This document shows, piece by piece, positions 9,120 to 17,933 of a stretch of DNA of 36,337 nt. Made by a program: the position numbers and the translations under genes. The notes beneath the pieces are model-generated. The model searched no databases, was not told the origin of the DNA, and saw only the letters and a program-made list of their open reading frames with translations. The DNA lies in the IMG/VR virus record IMGVR_UViG_2541047902_000001; one strand, 5' to 3'. How positions within the stretch are numbered: the first letter of the stretch is position 1; every line of letters starts with the position of its first letter. This DNA comes from a virus (lineage: Duplodnaviria > Heunggongvirae > Uroviricota > Caudoviricetes).

Positions 9120-9375
9120 AATCTGTTCCGTTTGGCTGCCAGCGTCCTGCTGATGGCGATGATAATGAACCAATAGTTCGATATTATCAAGAACTATAAG
9201 TACGAATTGTTTGTGGTTCATTAACTTAATGAGATATGTTTTTGATATGTAAAGGAATTTATTTTTGTAAAGATTGAAGATTGGTCAGTAGGAGAGAAAG
9301 AATTGTTTGCTGGCGTGTTAGTTCGTGGGTTAGCACATGTGCGGATGTTAAATAAGGTAGACGATCGTGAGGAAA
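9120..9375 (-). promoter_or_regulatory. Predicted pL/OL region (operators not resolved)
   Basis: AT-rich intergenic region upstream of nutL and N on the minus strand; contains GTACGA motifs also present in the OR region. Confidence 0.35.
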
Positions 9376-9400
9376 AGAAAAACCGGCGCTGAGGCCGGGT
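9376..9400 (-). terminator. Intrinsic terminator ending the cI-operon transcript (tImm equivalent)
   Basis: Stem CCGGC/GCCGG with 6-nt loop and T5 run on the minus strand, 6 nt after the stop of the 299-aa gene. Confidence 0.65.
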
Positions 9401-9404
9401 ATAA

Positions 9405-10304
9405 TTATTTGATTATTTCTTTTATAAAGACTTCTTTCGGTTGGTATTTTTTATCTGATGATTTGAGCTGGTACGTTATTGTTATATCAGCACGTACAGC
9501 AAATTTACCTGCAAAATCTGATGGGTTTACGTTGGGGCCAAGAACCATATTTACTCTTCGATCTATTAATCCAGGGATAACAGCAGCCCAACCTTTCTCT
9601 GGATTGTCGAGGTCTAATGCACGGATTTCAACATCAACATCAAAATGATCCTGAGTATATGACTCTGGTGTGAAGACAACTTCAGTTGGGGCTTTTTTAA
9701 TGGTTTCAGCGGGAATGGTCACTGTACCACCCCCTGTACCTATGACCATCGTAGATCCTTCGTCTGCCCTAGCTGGGGCAAGCGTCTTAATGGAACTTTT
9801 GGCAAGAGTCTTCTTATTGGTTACCGTGCTTTCTATGATTGCTTGAAGACGGTCAGGTGAAATATTAGCCTCACCGGCACCAATATTGATGATTGTATTG
9901 TTATTTGCTTCAAAGTGGGAGGTGTTGCTTGGAGCCATAGCCTTAGTTGCTAGAACTAAGCCATATCCAACCAGACCAATAACAACAGCACCAACGAGAG
10001 CGTTTCTCATTTTCCCATTTCCGATCTTTGCATGAGCGCCAGCAAGAAACTTGTCCATTTCTTCTTGGCTACCAAAGAGGAGTTTAATAACAATATCTTC
10101 ATAAAGGCTTCCTGCTTCTAATCGCGCAACATGCACCGATATATCAAGGATATTAGCCCCTGTCAGTTCCTGCAAAACACCTTCTGATTGTTTTGCGATG
10201 GCCTCCCACCCTTGAAGGGAGGTAATCACATCTTTGATGCTTACAGGTTCTTTAGTTGAATAATATATGTTTTCGGTAAAGGTTAAAGATAATTCTTGGG
10301 ACAT
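9405..10304 (-). CDS. Unknown 299-aa single-pass membrane protein in the rexAB position (candidate exclusion / abortive-infection gene)
   Basis: ORF downstream of cI on the same strand; SD GAGGG; central hydrophobic helix (about residues 120-143, NALVGAVVIGLVGYGLVLATKAMA); low GC; followed by a terminator; no family recognised. Confidence 0.7.
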   Translation of the reverse strand: MSQELSLTFTENIYYSTKEPVSIKDVITSLQGWEAIAKQSEGVLQELTGANILDISVHVARLEAGSLYEDIVIKLLFGSQEEMDKFLAGAHAKIGNGKMRNALVGAVVIGLVGYGLVLATKAMAPSNTSHFEANNNTIINIGAGEANISPDRLQAIIESTVTNKKTLAKSSIKTLAPARADEGSTMVIGTGGGTVTIPAETIKKAPTEVVFTPESYTQDHFDVDVEIRALDLDNPEKGWAAVIPGLIDRRVNMVLGPNVNPSDFAGKFAVRADITITYQLKSSDKKYQPKEVFIKEIIK

Positions 10305-10433
10305 CCGAGCCCTCGCTGTTTCTTTCGATTTGCTGTGTTAAGCTAATATTTTAATATCCATGTTTCTGTTTGCTTGCAGTGTGTTTCTCACCACCATCCA
10401 AACGTACTGGTTACTAGCTATGTGATGATGAAG

Positions 10434-11141
10434 TCATGAACTTTTCAGCCATTCCCTGGCCTCGATGTCATCTAGGTGGCGAGATTGCTTCAGAATACCA
10501 GCTACATACTCCACCTTTGCTACTTGATGATAAGGCAACGTTATTGGCCTGTGGTCTTGGTTGATGCTTGTAAATTGGTATTCTCCGTCTCTGTCATAGC
10601 CAAGAACCTTGATCATGTTGTGCCCTTCAATGGTTCTGACAAACACCTCATCACCTGGGAATACTTTGGTGTTAGGCTCAATGAGTACATATTCTCCTGA
10701 TTTTATTCTGGGCCACATGCTGTCTCCTTTTACACGAAGACCAAAGGCATCTGGATCATCGCTATAAATCTTGAGCCACCCATCGCGCTCTTCGGTCATC
10801 TCGATGGCACCATCAACACCAAGAATTGCCTCACCAACCACGCGCACTAACCCTTTTTTTAATTTGCCAACAATTGAAAAAGTATCTTCATCATTCGCTC
10901 CATTTAACGAAGTGCCGTGCTGAAGCCAAACAACATCAACGTTTAGAAATTTCGCAAGCGCATTCATTTTTTCCTGGCGTGGTAAAGACTCAGCATTAAA
11001 CCATTTGCTAACGCCTTTGGACGAAAGAGAAAGGGCACGGGCTATGGCCATTCCCCTACCATGTTCATCAAGACCAGCTTCTTTACAGGCTTGCGCTAGC
11101 CGCTGGGCGAATTCTTTGCGCACTTTTTCATTCTGAACCAT
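10434..11141 (-). CDS. cI: CI-type prophage repressor (HTH plus LexA/S24-like self-cleaving domain), non-lambda immunity
   Basis: 235-aa ORF divergent from cro; C-terminal GDSMWP...K pattern typical of S24 peptidase-fold repressors; sequence unlike lambda CI or P22 C2. Confidence 0.8.
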   Translation of the reverse strand: MVQNEKVRKEFAQRLAQACKEAGLDEHGRGMAIARALSLSSKGVSKWFNAESLPRQEKMNALAKFLNVDVVWLQHGTSLNGANDEDTFSIVGKLKKGLVRVVGEAILGVDGAIEMTEERDGWLKIYSDDPDAFGLRVKGDSMWPRIKSGEYVLIEPNTKVFPGDEVFVRTIEGHNMIKVLGYDRDGEYQFTSINQDHRPITLPYHQVAKVEYVAGILKQSRHLDDIEAREWLKSS

Positions 11142-11219
11142 GAGTACGATACTAAAGCACTTGCAAAAACTTTCAGTTCAACCATAATGCGTACTGAAAG
11201 TACGAAAAAGGACATTCCT
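11142..11219. promoter_or_regulatory. OR/pR/pRM region; candidate pR -35 TTGCAA (11161-11166) and -10 CATAAT (11183-11188); candidate operator CGTACTGAAAGTACG (11190-11204)
   Basis: Divergent cI-cro intergenic region; inverted repeat CGTAC-N5-GTACG read directly from the sequence. Confidence 0.4.
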
Positions 11220-11447
11220 ATGCAAAATCTTGATGAGCCGATTAAAGGTGTCGGCATCCCTGAAGTTGCGAAGGCTTGTGGAGTTAGCGAAAGGGCTGTC
11301 TATAAGTGGCTCAAAAACGGCTTCCTCCCTAAGACTGAGTTTTTTGGGAAAACGAAATACGCATCAAAAATCGAAGAGATTTCTGGTGGCAAATATCAAG
11401 CAAGCGAAATGCTTGAAATAAGCAAAAAGAACCTTCTGGCAGCATAA
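11220..11447 (+). CDS. cro: Cro-like HTH repressor
   Basis: 75-aa ORF from ATG 11220 with SD AAGGA; HTH-like GIPEVAKACGVSERAVYKWLKNG; divergent from cI. Confidence 0.75.
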   Translation: MQNLDEPIKGVGIPEVAKACGVSERAVYKWLKNGFLPKTEFFGKTKYASKIEEISGGKYQASEMLEISKKNLLAA

Positions 11448-11455
11448 GTAACACC

Positions 11456-11489
11456 GCTCTTTATCAATCTGCACCGCCGACAACGCGGT
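11456..11489 (+). promoter_or_regulatory. nutR: nutR: boxA CGCTCTTTA (11456-11464) and boxB hairpin ACCGCCGACAACGCGGT (11473-11489)
   Basis: boxA consensus followed by a stem ACCGC/GCGGT with a GACAA-containing loop; P22-like. Confidence 0.7.
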
Positions 11490-11553
11490 AACTAATTAAG
11501 AACTCATCGAAAGATGCGTATTAGTGATTATTTACCTATGGAAATAGTAAGAA

Positions 11554-11853
11554 ATGGAACAAACAAATTACAGCAAACTATCACAGCGCGACGTTGATCG
11601 CGCAGAAACAGATTTACTTATCAACCTGTCAACGCTTACTCAGCGCGGTCTGGCAAAGATGATTGGCTGTCATGAATCGAAGATAAGCAGAACAGACTGG
11701 AGGTTTATAGCTTCGGTCTTGTGTGCTTTTGGCATGGCATCAGACATCAGTCCGATTAGCAGAGCTTTTAAGTATGCGCTTGATGAAATCACCAATAAAA
11801 AACGCCCGGTGTGCAAGACCGAGCGTTCTGAACAAATCCAGATGGAGTTCTGA
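11554..11853 (+). CDS. cII: CII transcriptional activator
   Basis: 99-aa ORF; C-terminus ...TNKKRPVCKTERSEQIQMEF very close to lambda CII. Confidence 0.85.
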   Translation: MEQTNYSKLSQRDVDRAETDLLINLSTLTQRGLAKMIGCHESKISRTDWRFIASVLCAFGMASDISPISRAFKYALDEITNKKRPVCKTERSEQIQMEF

Positions 11854-11865
11854 GGTCATTACTGG
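11786..11865 (-). ncRNA. oop: oop antisense RNA
   Basis: Minus-strand sequence GTTGATAGATCCAGTAATGACCTCAGAACTCCATCTGGATTTGTTCAGAACGCTCGG...GGGCGTTTTTTAT matches recalled lambda oop; antisense to the cII 3' end with its own terminator. Confidence 0.8.
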
Positions 11866-11885
11866 ATCTATCAACAGGAGTCATT

Positions 11886-12785
11886 ATGACAAATACAGCA
11901 AAAATACTCAACTTCGGCAGAGGTAACTTTGCCGGACAGGAGCGTAATGTGGCAGATCTCGATGATGGTTACGCCAGACTATCAAATATGCTGCTTGAGG
12001 CTTATTCGGGCGCAGATCTGACCAAGCGACAGTTTAAAGTGCTGCTTGCCATTCTGCGTAAAACCTATGGGTGGAATAAACCAATGGACAGAATCACCGA
12101 TTCTCAACTTAGCGAGATTACAAAGTTACCTGTCAAACGGTGCAATGAAGCCAAGTTAGAACTCGTCAGAATGAATATTATCAAGCAGCAAGGCGGCATG
12201 TTTGGACCAAACAAAAACATCTCAGAATGGTGCATCCCTCAAAACGAGGGAAAATCCCCTAAAACGAGGGATAAAACATCCCTCAAATTGGGGGATTGCT
12301 ATCCCTCAAAACAGGGGGACACAAAAGACACTATTACAAAAGAAAAAAGAAAAGATTATTCGTCAGAGAATTCTGGCGAATCCTCTGACCAGCCAGAAAA
12401 CGACCTTTCTGTGGTGAAACCGGATGCTGCAATTCAGAGCGGCAGCAAGTGGGGGACAGCAGAAGACCTGACCGCCGCAGAGTGGATGTTTGACATGGTG
12501 AAGACCATCGCGCCATCAGCCAGAAAACCGAATTTTGCAGGGTGGGCTAACGATATCCGCCTGATGCGTGAACGTGACGGACGTAACCACCGCGACATGT
12601 GCGTGCTGTTCCGCTGGGCATGCCAGGACAACTTCTGGTCCGGTAACGTGCTGAGCCCGGCCAAACTCCGCGATAAGTGGACCCAACTCGAAATCAACCG
12701 TAACAAGCAACAGGCAGGCGTGACAGCCAGCAAACCAAAACTCGACCTGACAAACACAGACTGGATTTACGGGGTGGATCTATGA
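11886..12785 (+). CDS. O: Replication initiator O
   Basis: 299-aa ORF matching lambda O; contains the ori iterons. Confidence 0.97.
   Translation: MTNTAKILNFGRGNFAGQERNVADLDDGYARLSNMLLEAYSGADLTKRQFKVLLAILRKTYGWNKPMDRITDSQLSEITKLPVKRCNEAKLELVRMNIIKQQGGMFGPNKNISEWCIPQNEGKSPKTRDKTSLKLGDCYPSKQGDTKDTITKEKRKDYSSENSGESSDQPENDLSVVKPDAAIQSGSKWGTAEDLTAAEWMFDMVKTIAPSARKPNFAGWANDIRLMRERDGRNHRDMCVLFRWACQDNFWSGNVLSPAKLRDKWTQLEINRNKQQAGVTASKPKLDLTNTDWIYGVDL
12234..12365. repeat. ori: ori-lambda: four iterons (ATCCCTCAAAACGAGGGA-type) followed by an AT-rich region
   Basis: Four about 19-bp direct repeats at 12234-12319 inside O, then an A-rich tract. Confidence 0.9.
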
Positions 12786-13483
12786 AAAACATCGCCGCAC
12801 AGATGGTTAACTTTGACCGTGAGCAGATGCGTCGGATCGCCAACAACATGCCGGAACAGTACGACGAAAAGCCGCAGGTACAGCAGGTAGCGCAGATCAT
12901 CAACGGTGTGTTCAGCCAGTTACTGGCAACTTTCCCGGCGAGCCTGGCTAACCGTGACCAGAACGAAGTGAACGAAATCCGTCGCCAGTGGGTTCTGGCT
13001 TTTCGGGAAAACGGGATCACCACGATGGAACAGGTTAACGCAGGAATGCGCGTAGCCCGTCGGCAGAATCGACCATTTCTGCCATCACCCGGGCAGTTTG
13101 TTGCATGGTGCCGGGAAGAAGCATCCGTTACCGCCGGACTGCCAAACGTCAGCGAGCTGGTTGATATGGTTTACGAGTATTGCCGGAAGCGAGGCCTGTA
13201 TCCGGATGCGGAGTCTTATCCGTGGAAATCAAACGCGCATTACTGGTTGGTTACCAACTTGTACCAGAACATGCGGGCCAATGCGCTGACTGACGCGGAA
13301 TTACGGCGCAAGGCTGCCGATGAACTGACCTGTATGACAGCGCGAATTAACCGTGGTGAGACGATACCTGAACCAGTAAAACAACTTCCTGTTATGGGCG
13401 GTAGACCTCTAAATCGTGCACAGGCTCTGGCGAAGATCGCAGAAATTAAAGCTAAGTTTGGACTGAAAGGATCGATGAAATAG
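12782..13483 (+). CDS. P: Replication protein P (DnaB helicase loader)
   Basis: 233-aa ORF matching lambda P. Confidence 0.97.
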   Translation: MKNIAAQMVNFDREQMRRIANNMPEQYDEKPQVQQVAQIINGVFSQLLATFPASLANRDQNEVNEIRRQWVLAFRENGITTMEQVNAGMRVARRQNRPFLPSPGQFVAWCREEASVTAGLPNVSELVDMVYEYCRKRGLYPDAESYPWKSNAHYWLVTNLYQNMRANALTDAELRRKAADELTCMTARINRGETIPEPVKQLPVMGGRPLNRAQALAKIAEIKAKFGLKGSMK

Positions 13484-13722
13484 AGCTAAAATATTAGCTT
13501 TAAAATAAAGTATATCTAGCGAATATAATCCAGGACTGGTTGTAATGCCCGCAATAATTGATTGCGTGACTAATAAAATTTTTCTTCCATTGTAATCATT
13601 TAACCATAAAGTTTATGTGGATATTTTATTTGTGTGTTGATTTTTTTGTAACGTTCTGTATATTTCGCACCTCTTGTCATACCAGTTATTTTTTTCATTA
13701 TATTCATAACGTTGATTGAACT

Positions 13723-16700
13723 ATGACCACTGTGAATAAAAAGTTAAAAAAAACTGCATCTGGCGCGATTACATGGTCAGTAATTGTTACCCAGATATTA
13801 TCTCCAGTTTCTCTTTCTTTGATTCCGGCAAACAGTTTTGCATCGTCTGATAATAAAGATGTTACGCAAATTTATGCTAGCGATGAGCGTGCAAATAAAG
13901 TGGCCTCATTTGCAGTAAGTGCAGGTCAGAGTCTGGCGAATAATAATGCAAGTAGTTTTGCTGTAAATACTTTATCAACTCAGGCGACAAAAGAGGTCGT
14001 CGATTGGTTGCAACAATATGGCAATGCGCGCATCAAGCTTAATGTCGATAATTCTTTTTCCTTGAAGGATTCATCATTCGACTTTTTATATCCATGGCTG
14101 GATACTCAGGATTATGTGCTATTCAGTCAAACATCACTACATCGTACTGATGACCGTAATCAGACCAATATTGGTTTGGGGATTCGTCATTTCACTCCTG
14201 ATAATGCAATGTTGGGTGCGAATGTTTTCTACGATTATGATTTAAGTCGCAGCCACTCTCGCGCAGGTTTTGGGGTTGAGTACTGGAGAGATTATTTCAG
14301 GCTTGGTGTAAATACCTATTTTGGTTTATCTGACTGGAAGGACAGTCGGGATATTGATGATTATCTGGAAAGACCCGCAAATGGCTGGGATTTTTCTGCT
14401 GAAGGATGGCTACCTGCTTATCCGCAATTAGGGGCATCTATTCAGTTTGAAAAATATTATGGTAAAAATGTCGGATTATTTGGAAGCGATAATCTGCAGG
14501 AAAACCCTTACGCAGTTACTGGGGGAATTTCTTATACACCAGTTCCTCTGATTAAGTTTTCTGCACAGCATAAGCAAGGACAGAGCAACGTTCACGATAC
14601 AACCTTTGGTGTTGAGTTTAATTACCGCCCAGGCGTTTCCCTTGCTGAACAGCTTAGCAGTGACAATGTTGCAGTTATGCGAGAAGTCCAGAACCGGCGT
14701 TATGATTTTGTTGAACGAAATAACAACATTGTTCTGGAGTACAAGAAGAAGCATGCACTGAAAATCAGCTTACCAGAGTCTGTTCAGGGGGATGGCGAAT
14801 CAATCATCCCTGTAACACTGACAATCAACAATGCCAGTGGTGGTATCAAGTCTGTACAGTGGAATGATAGTGTATTCACTGCGGCTGGCGGTAAGATCAG
14901 TGGAAATGGCACATCATGGCAGGTCACTTTACCGGCTTATAAAAGCGAAGGTGTAAATTCGTGGAATGTTGGAGCCACGGTCCAGGATAATAGAGGCAAC
15001 GTTTCCAACTATGCGGTGATGAATATTAGCGTTATTAATAGTGGTGTCTCGACAGCGGATTCTTCTTTTATGTTGGATGGAGATTCATCTCCGACGATCT
15101 CTGCTGATGGTCAATCCACTCATCCAATAGTATTAAGCCTGAAAGACAGTAACGGTAAGGCATTAACCGGACTGGCTGATGACATTGAAATGTCAGTGGA
15201 ATTTACTGCGGATAGCAATAGTGCTCGACAGCGTGAAACGGTAACTGCCCCGTCATTAGGCGCGGTAGAGGAAATCTCTGCTGGTGTATATCGCTCTGTT
15301 CTGACTGCTGGTTCGCAGGCTGGCACAGTACGTGTAACAGCAAAAGTTCAGGGAAAAACCTTTACTTTGAATATTAAGCAGGCAGCCGTTATTGATAGTG
15401 ATGTCTCGACAGCGGATTCTTCTTTTACGTTGGATGGTGATTCGTCTCCGACGATCTCTGCTGATGGTCAATCCACTCATCCAATAGTATTAAGCCTGAA
15501 AGACAGTAACGGTAAGGCATTAACCGGACTGGCTGATGACATTGAAATGTCAGTGGAATTTACTGCGGATAGCAATAGTGCTCGACAGCGTGAAACGGTA
15601 ACTGCCCCGTCATTAGGCGCGGTAGAGGAAATCTCTGCTGGTGTATATCGCTCTGTTCTGACTGCTGGTTCGCAGGCTGGTACGGTACGTGTAACTGCAA
15701 AAGTAATGGATAAAACATTTACTCTCAGTATTAAGCAAACAGCAGCAACAGAACCTGATTCTGAGGTCAGTGCTGTTTTAACCGCTGCACCAGCAGAACA
15801 GGTAGTTGGTTACAATATCAATCTACAACTGGCAGTGAAGGATTCACAAGGAAATGCAATCACTGGTGATAACACTCTGAGCTTTTATGCTCTTAACCAG
15901 GCAGAAGGAGTCGAGTTTGGGGCTGTAACGGAAAAAGACGGTGTCTATAGCGCGACAGTAACTTCAAAACGAGCTGGTAAGATTCGGATCGGTGTTAAAT
16001 CGGGTAGTCACAATTTCTCAGGTATTGAGAAAGAAATCTCCTTTATTGAAGATCGAACACAGTTCGCATTCTCTCGTATTGAAGCCAGTAAAAATAATGC
16101 ATTGGCTGACGGCAAACAACAGAATACGGTGACTTTAAGCCTTGCAGATCGTTTCGGCAATGTTGTGCCCGGTTATGCTGTTACGCTGTCCTTACCTGCG
16201 GGGGTAACTCAAGTTGGTGGTGAACATGCTGTGTCAACTGACGAAAACGGTAATGCTGTTTTTGCGTTAATAAGCTCCACTCCGGGTTCTTACGTGATTA
16301 AAGCTCATGCTGGTTCTCAGATGTCTACTGAGTTAACAGTAACCTTTGCATCAAATATGATCGGAGCTTCACTGTCACTGACGCCTGGAAACAGTAGCTT
16401 AATTTCCAATATTCCTGCTAATGGTAAGGATGCTGCGGTATTGAATGTGCAACTGACAAATACGAATGCGTCGGTCAATGGACAGAAGATTCAGCTCATC
16501 ACCTCATCTGAAAGATTGTCTGTACCGACAAATATCGTGACTGATTCAACAGGGCATGTTTCCGTACCACTTACAACGGTGAGAGCTGGTGAGTATACGG
16601 TGGCTGCACGAGTGACTGACGGTTCCCATAGTGTGGAGTCTGGCAGCGTTAAGTTAACTTTTGTACCAGATGCTGCTTCCGCAGAACTTACTATGAGTAC

Positions 16701-17631
16701 ATCAAAACAGCAGATTGTGGCCGATGGTAGTGAAAGTGCAACAGTGGACATTCAGTTGGTTGATGCCAATAACAATGCGTTTACAGGCGATGTGGATTTA
16801 ACGGTTACACCATCGACGGGAGCATCATTGACCAGTAGTAAACTGCAGTTGGATGCTCATGGACAGGCAACAACGCAGTTCACAGCATCGAAATCAGGCC
16901 AGTACACAATTCAGGCTGAGTATGTTCTAGATGGGAAACGTATAACCGCAAGCAAAAATATTGATGCCGTGACGGATGTGAAGGAGGCTGTGTTGGAGAT
17001 CACATCATCTGCATCTTCGGCTGTAGTGAGCGATACCAACAATCTGATATTTACGTTACTGTTGAAAAGTACGTCAGGCGAAGTATTAAGTGGTCGAGTA
17101 TTGAATATCAAGGCATCTGGGCCGTCCAAATATGGTGCGTTGGTGGTTGATAAAACCACTGTAACGACTGATGAGTATGGTCTGGCTACGGTAAGCGTAC
17201 ATGGTCGAACGGCTGGTTCGTATAAATTAACGGCGACCTTAGATGAACTTGGCAGTGATGTTAGTGAGGTGAAGTCATTCTCTCTGTATGCTGATGAGGC
17301 AAATGGAGTATTGACACTGCATAAAGATGGAGGCTATGACACAGATGATGGTACTCCAGTGGGGGTTTATGCCCGATTTGTTGACCATTTCGGCAATCCG
17401 TTATCTGGTACGGTTGAGTTTTCTGCTGGTAGTGAAGATAGTCCAAACTCTCAACGGGTTAAAATGGAGCCTGCTACAGTAACGTTACACTGGACAGGTA
17501 ATGCAGCCTCGGAGTTCAGCACCTATGAAAGCGGTTATCACTGGATTAAGGCCAAAATAACGAACAGCAAAAATACATATGAGAAAACAATAAGGACTTA
17601 TGTTGTAAAGCTCCCTGAAAAGGATAGTTAA
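13723..17631 (+). CDS. Invasin/intimin-family inverse autotransporter adhesin with bacterial Ig-like repeats (cargo in the ren slot)
   Basis: 1302-aa ORF; signal-like N-terminus; beta-barrel motifs typical of invasin/intimin beta-domains; long run of Ig-like repeats; AT-rich upstream region; own terminator. Confidence 0.8.
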   Translation: MTTVNKKLKKTASGAITWSVIVTQILSPVSLSLIPANSFASSDNKDVTQIYASDERANKVASFAVSAGQSLANNNASSFAVNTLSTQATKEVVDWLQQYGNARIKLNVDNSFSLKDSSFDFLYPWLDTQDYVLFSQTSLHRTDDRNQTNIGLGIRHFTPDNAMLGANVFYDYDLSRSHSRAGFGVEYWRDYFRLGVNTYFGLSDWKDSRDIDDYLERPANGWDFSAEGWLPAYPQLGASIQFEKYYGKNVGLFGSDNLQENPYAVTGGISYTPVPLIKFSAQHKQGQSNVHDTTFGVEFNYRPGVSLAEQLSSDNVAVMREVQNRRYDFVERNNNIVLEYKKKHALKISLPESVQGDGESIIPVTLTINNASGGIKSVQWNDSVFTAAGGKISGNGTSWQVTLPAYKSEGVNSWNVGATVQDNRGNVSNYAVMNISVINSGVSTADSSFMLDGDSSPTISADGQSTHPIVLSLKDSNGKALTGLADDIEMSVEFTADSNSARQRETVTAPSLGAVEEISAGVYRSVLTAGSQAGTVRVTAKVQGKTFTLNIKQAAVIDSDVSTADSSFTLDGDSSPTISADGQSTHPIVLSLKDSNGKALTGLADDIEMSVEFTADSNSARQRETVTAPSLGAVEEISAGVYRSVLTAGSQAGTVRVTAKVMDKTFTLSIKQTAATEPDSEVSAVLTAAPAEQVVGYNINLQLAVKDSQGNAITGDNTLSFYALNQAEGVEFGAVTEKDGVYSATVTSKRAGKIRIGVKSGSHNFSGIEKEISFIEDRTQFAFSRIEASKNNALADGKQQNTVTLSLADRFGNVVPGYAVTLSLPAGVTQVGGEHAVSTDENGNAVFALISSTPGSYVIKAHAGSQMSTELTVTFASNMIGASLSLTPGNSSLISNIPANGKDAAVLNVQLTNTNASVNGQKIQLITSSERLSVPTNIVTDSTGHVSVPLTTVRAGEYTVAARVTDGSHSVESGSVKLTFVPDAASAELTMSTSKQQIVADGSESATVDIQLVDANNNAFTGDVDLTVTPSTGASLTSSKLQLDAHGQATTQFTASKSGQYTIQAEYVLDGKRITASKNIDAVTDVKEAVLEITSSASSAVVSDTNNLIFTLLLKSTSGEVLSGRVLNIKASGPSKYGALVVDKTTVTTDEYGLATVSVHGRTAGSYKLTATLDELGSDVSEVKSFSLYADEANGVLTLHKDGGYDTDDGTPVGVYARFVDHFGNPLSGTVEFSAGSEDSPNSQRVKMEPATVTLHWTGNAASEFSTYESGYHWIKAKITNSKNTYEKTIRTYVVKLPEKDS
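15040..15753. repeat. Tandem duplication (2 x 357 bp) encoding two nearly identical 119-aa Ig-like domains inside the adhesin gene
   Basis: About 300 bp repeated almost perfectly with a 357-bp period (15046 vs 15403). Confidence 0.9.
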
Positions 17632-17643
17632 CAAAACAGAATA

Positions 17644-17670
17644 GGGAGGGCTAAGCCCTCCCACTTTTTA
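17644..17670 (+). terminator. Intrinsic terminator after the adhesin gene
   Basis: GGGAGGGC-TAA-GCCCTCCC stem followed by a T-run. Confidence 0.7.
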
Positions 17671-17831
17671 ATTGAGACGGACTGTTTCTTAAATTCACTT
17701 ACGTTAGATATGAACTGGTTATTTTTTATAACAATAAAAGACTTTTGATTTTTGAATATCAGTAAGTAATAATGATTTACGTCGACAGACTGAACATCTG
17801 TTGGTGACTTCTGCGCTAAACGGGGACGTTT

Positions 17832-17933
17832 ATGCGCACATACAATCTAAACTCTCTTCTCTCTTCACAGATGCAGAAATGCACCTGCGATTCTTTGCAT
17901 CCAACGTTTGACCTCTGCGGAGGTGAAGCGTGA
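17832..17933 (+). CDS. ylcH: Small Cys-containing protein (DLP12 YlcH-like, 33 aa)
   Basis: [33 protein letters not shown]; stop overlaps the ybcN start; same position and length as DLP12 ylcH. Confidence 0.45.
   Translation: MRTYNLNSLLSSQMQKCTCDSLHPTFDLCGGEA

Noticed and set aside
10476-10700. 74-aa plus-strand ORF inside cI
   Set aside because: Antisense to a well-supported repressor gene with no independent signal; treated as a shadow ORF.
15040-15753. Possible CRISPR-like repeat array
   Set aside because: Only two long (357-bp) protein-coding repeat units with no short repeat-spacer periodicity; they are duplicated Ig-like domains.
14476-17446. Minus-strand ORFs (61-92 aa) inside the adhesin gene
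   Set aside because: Antisense shadow ORFs within a 3.9-kb coding region.
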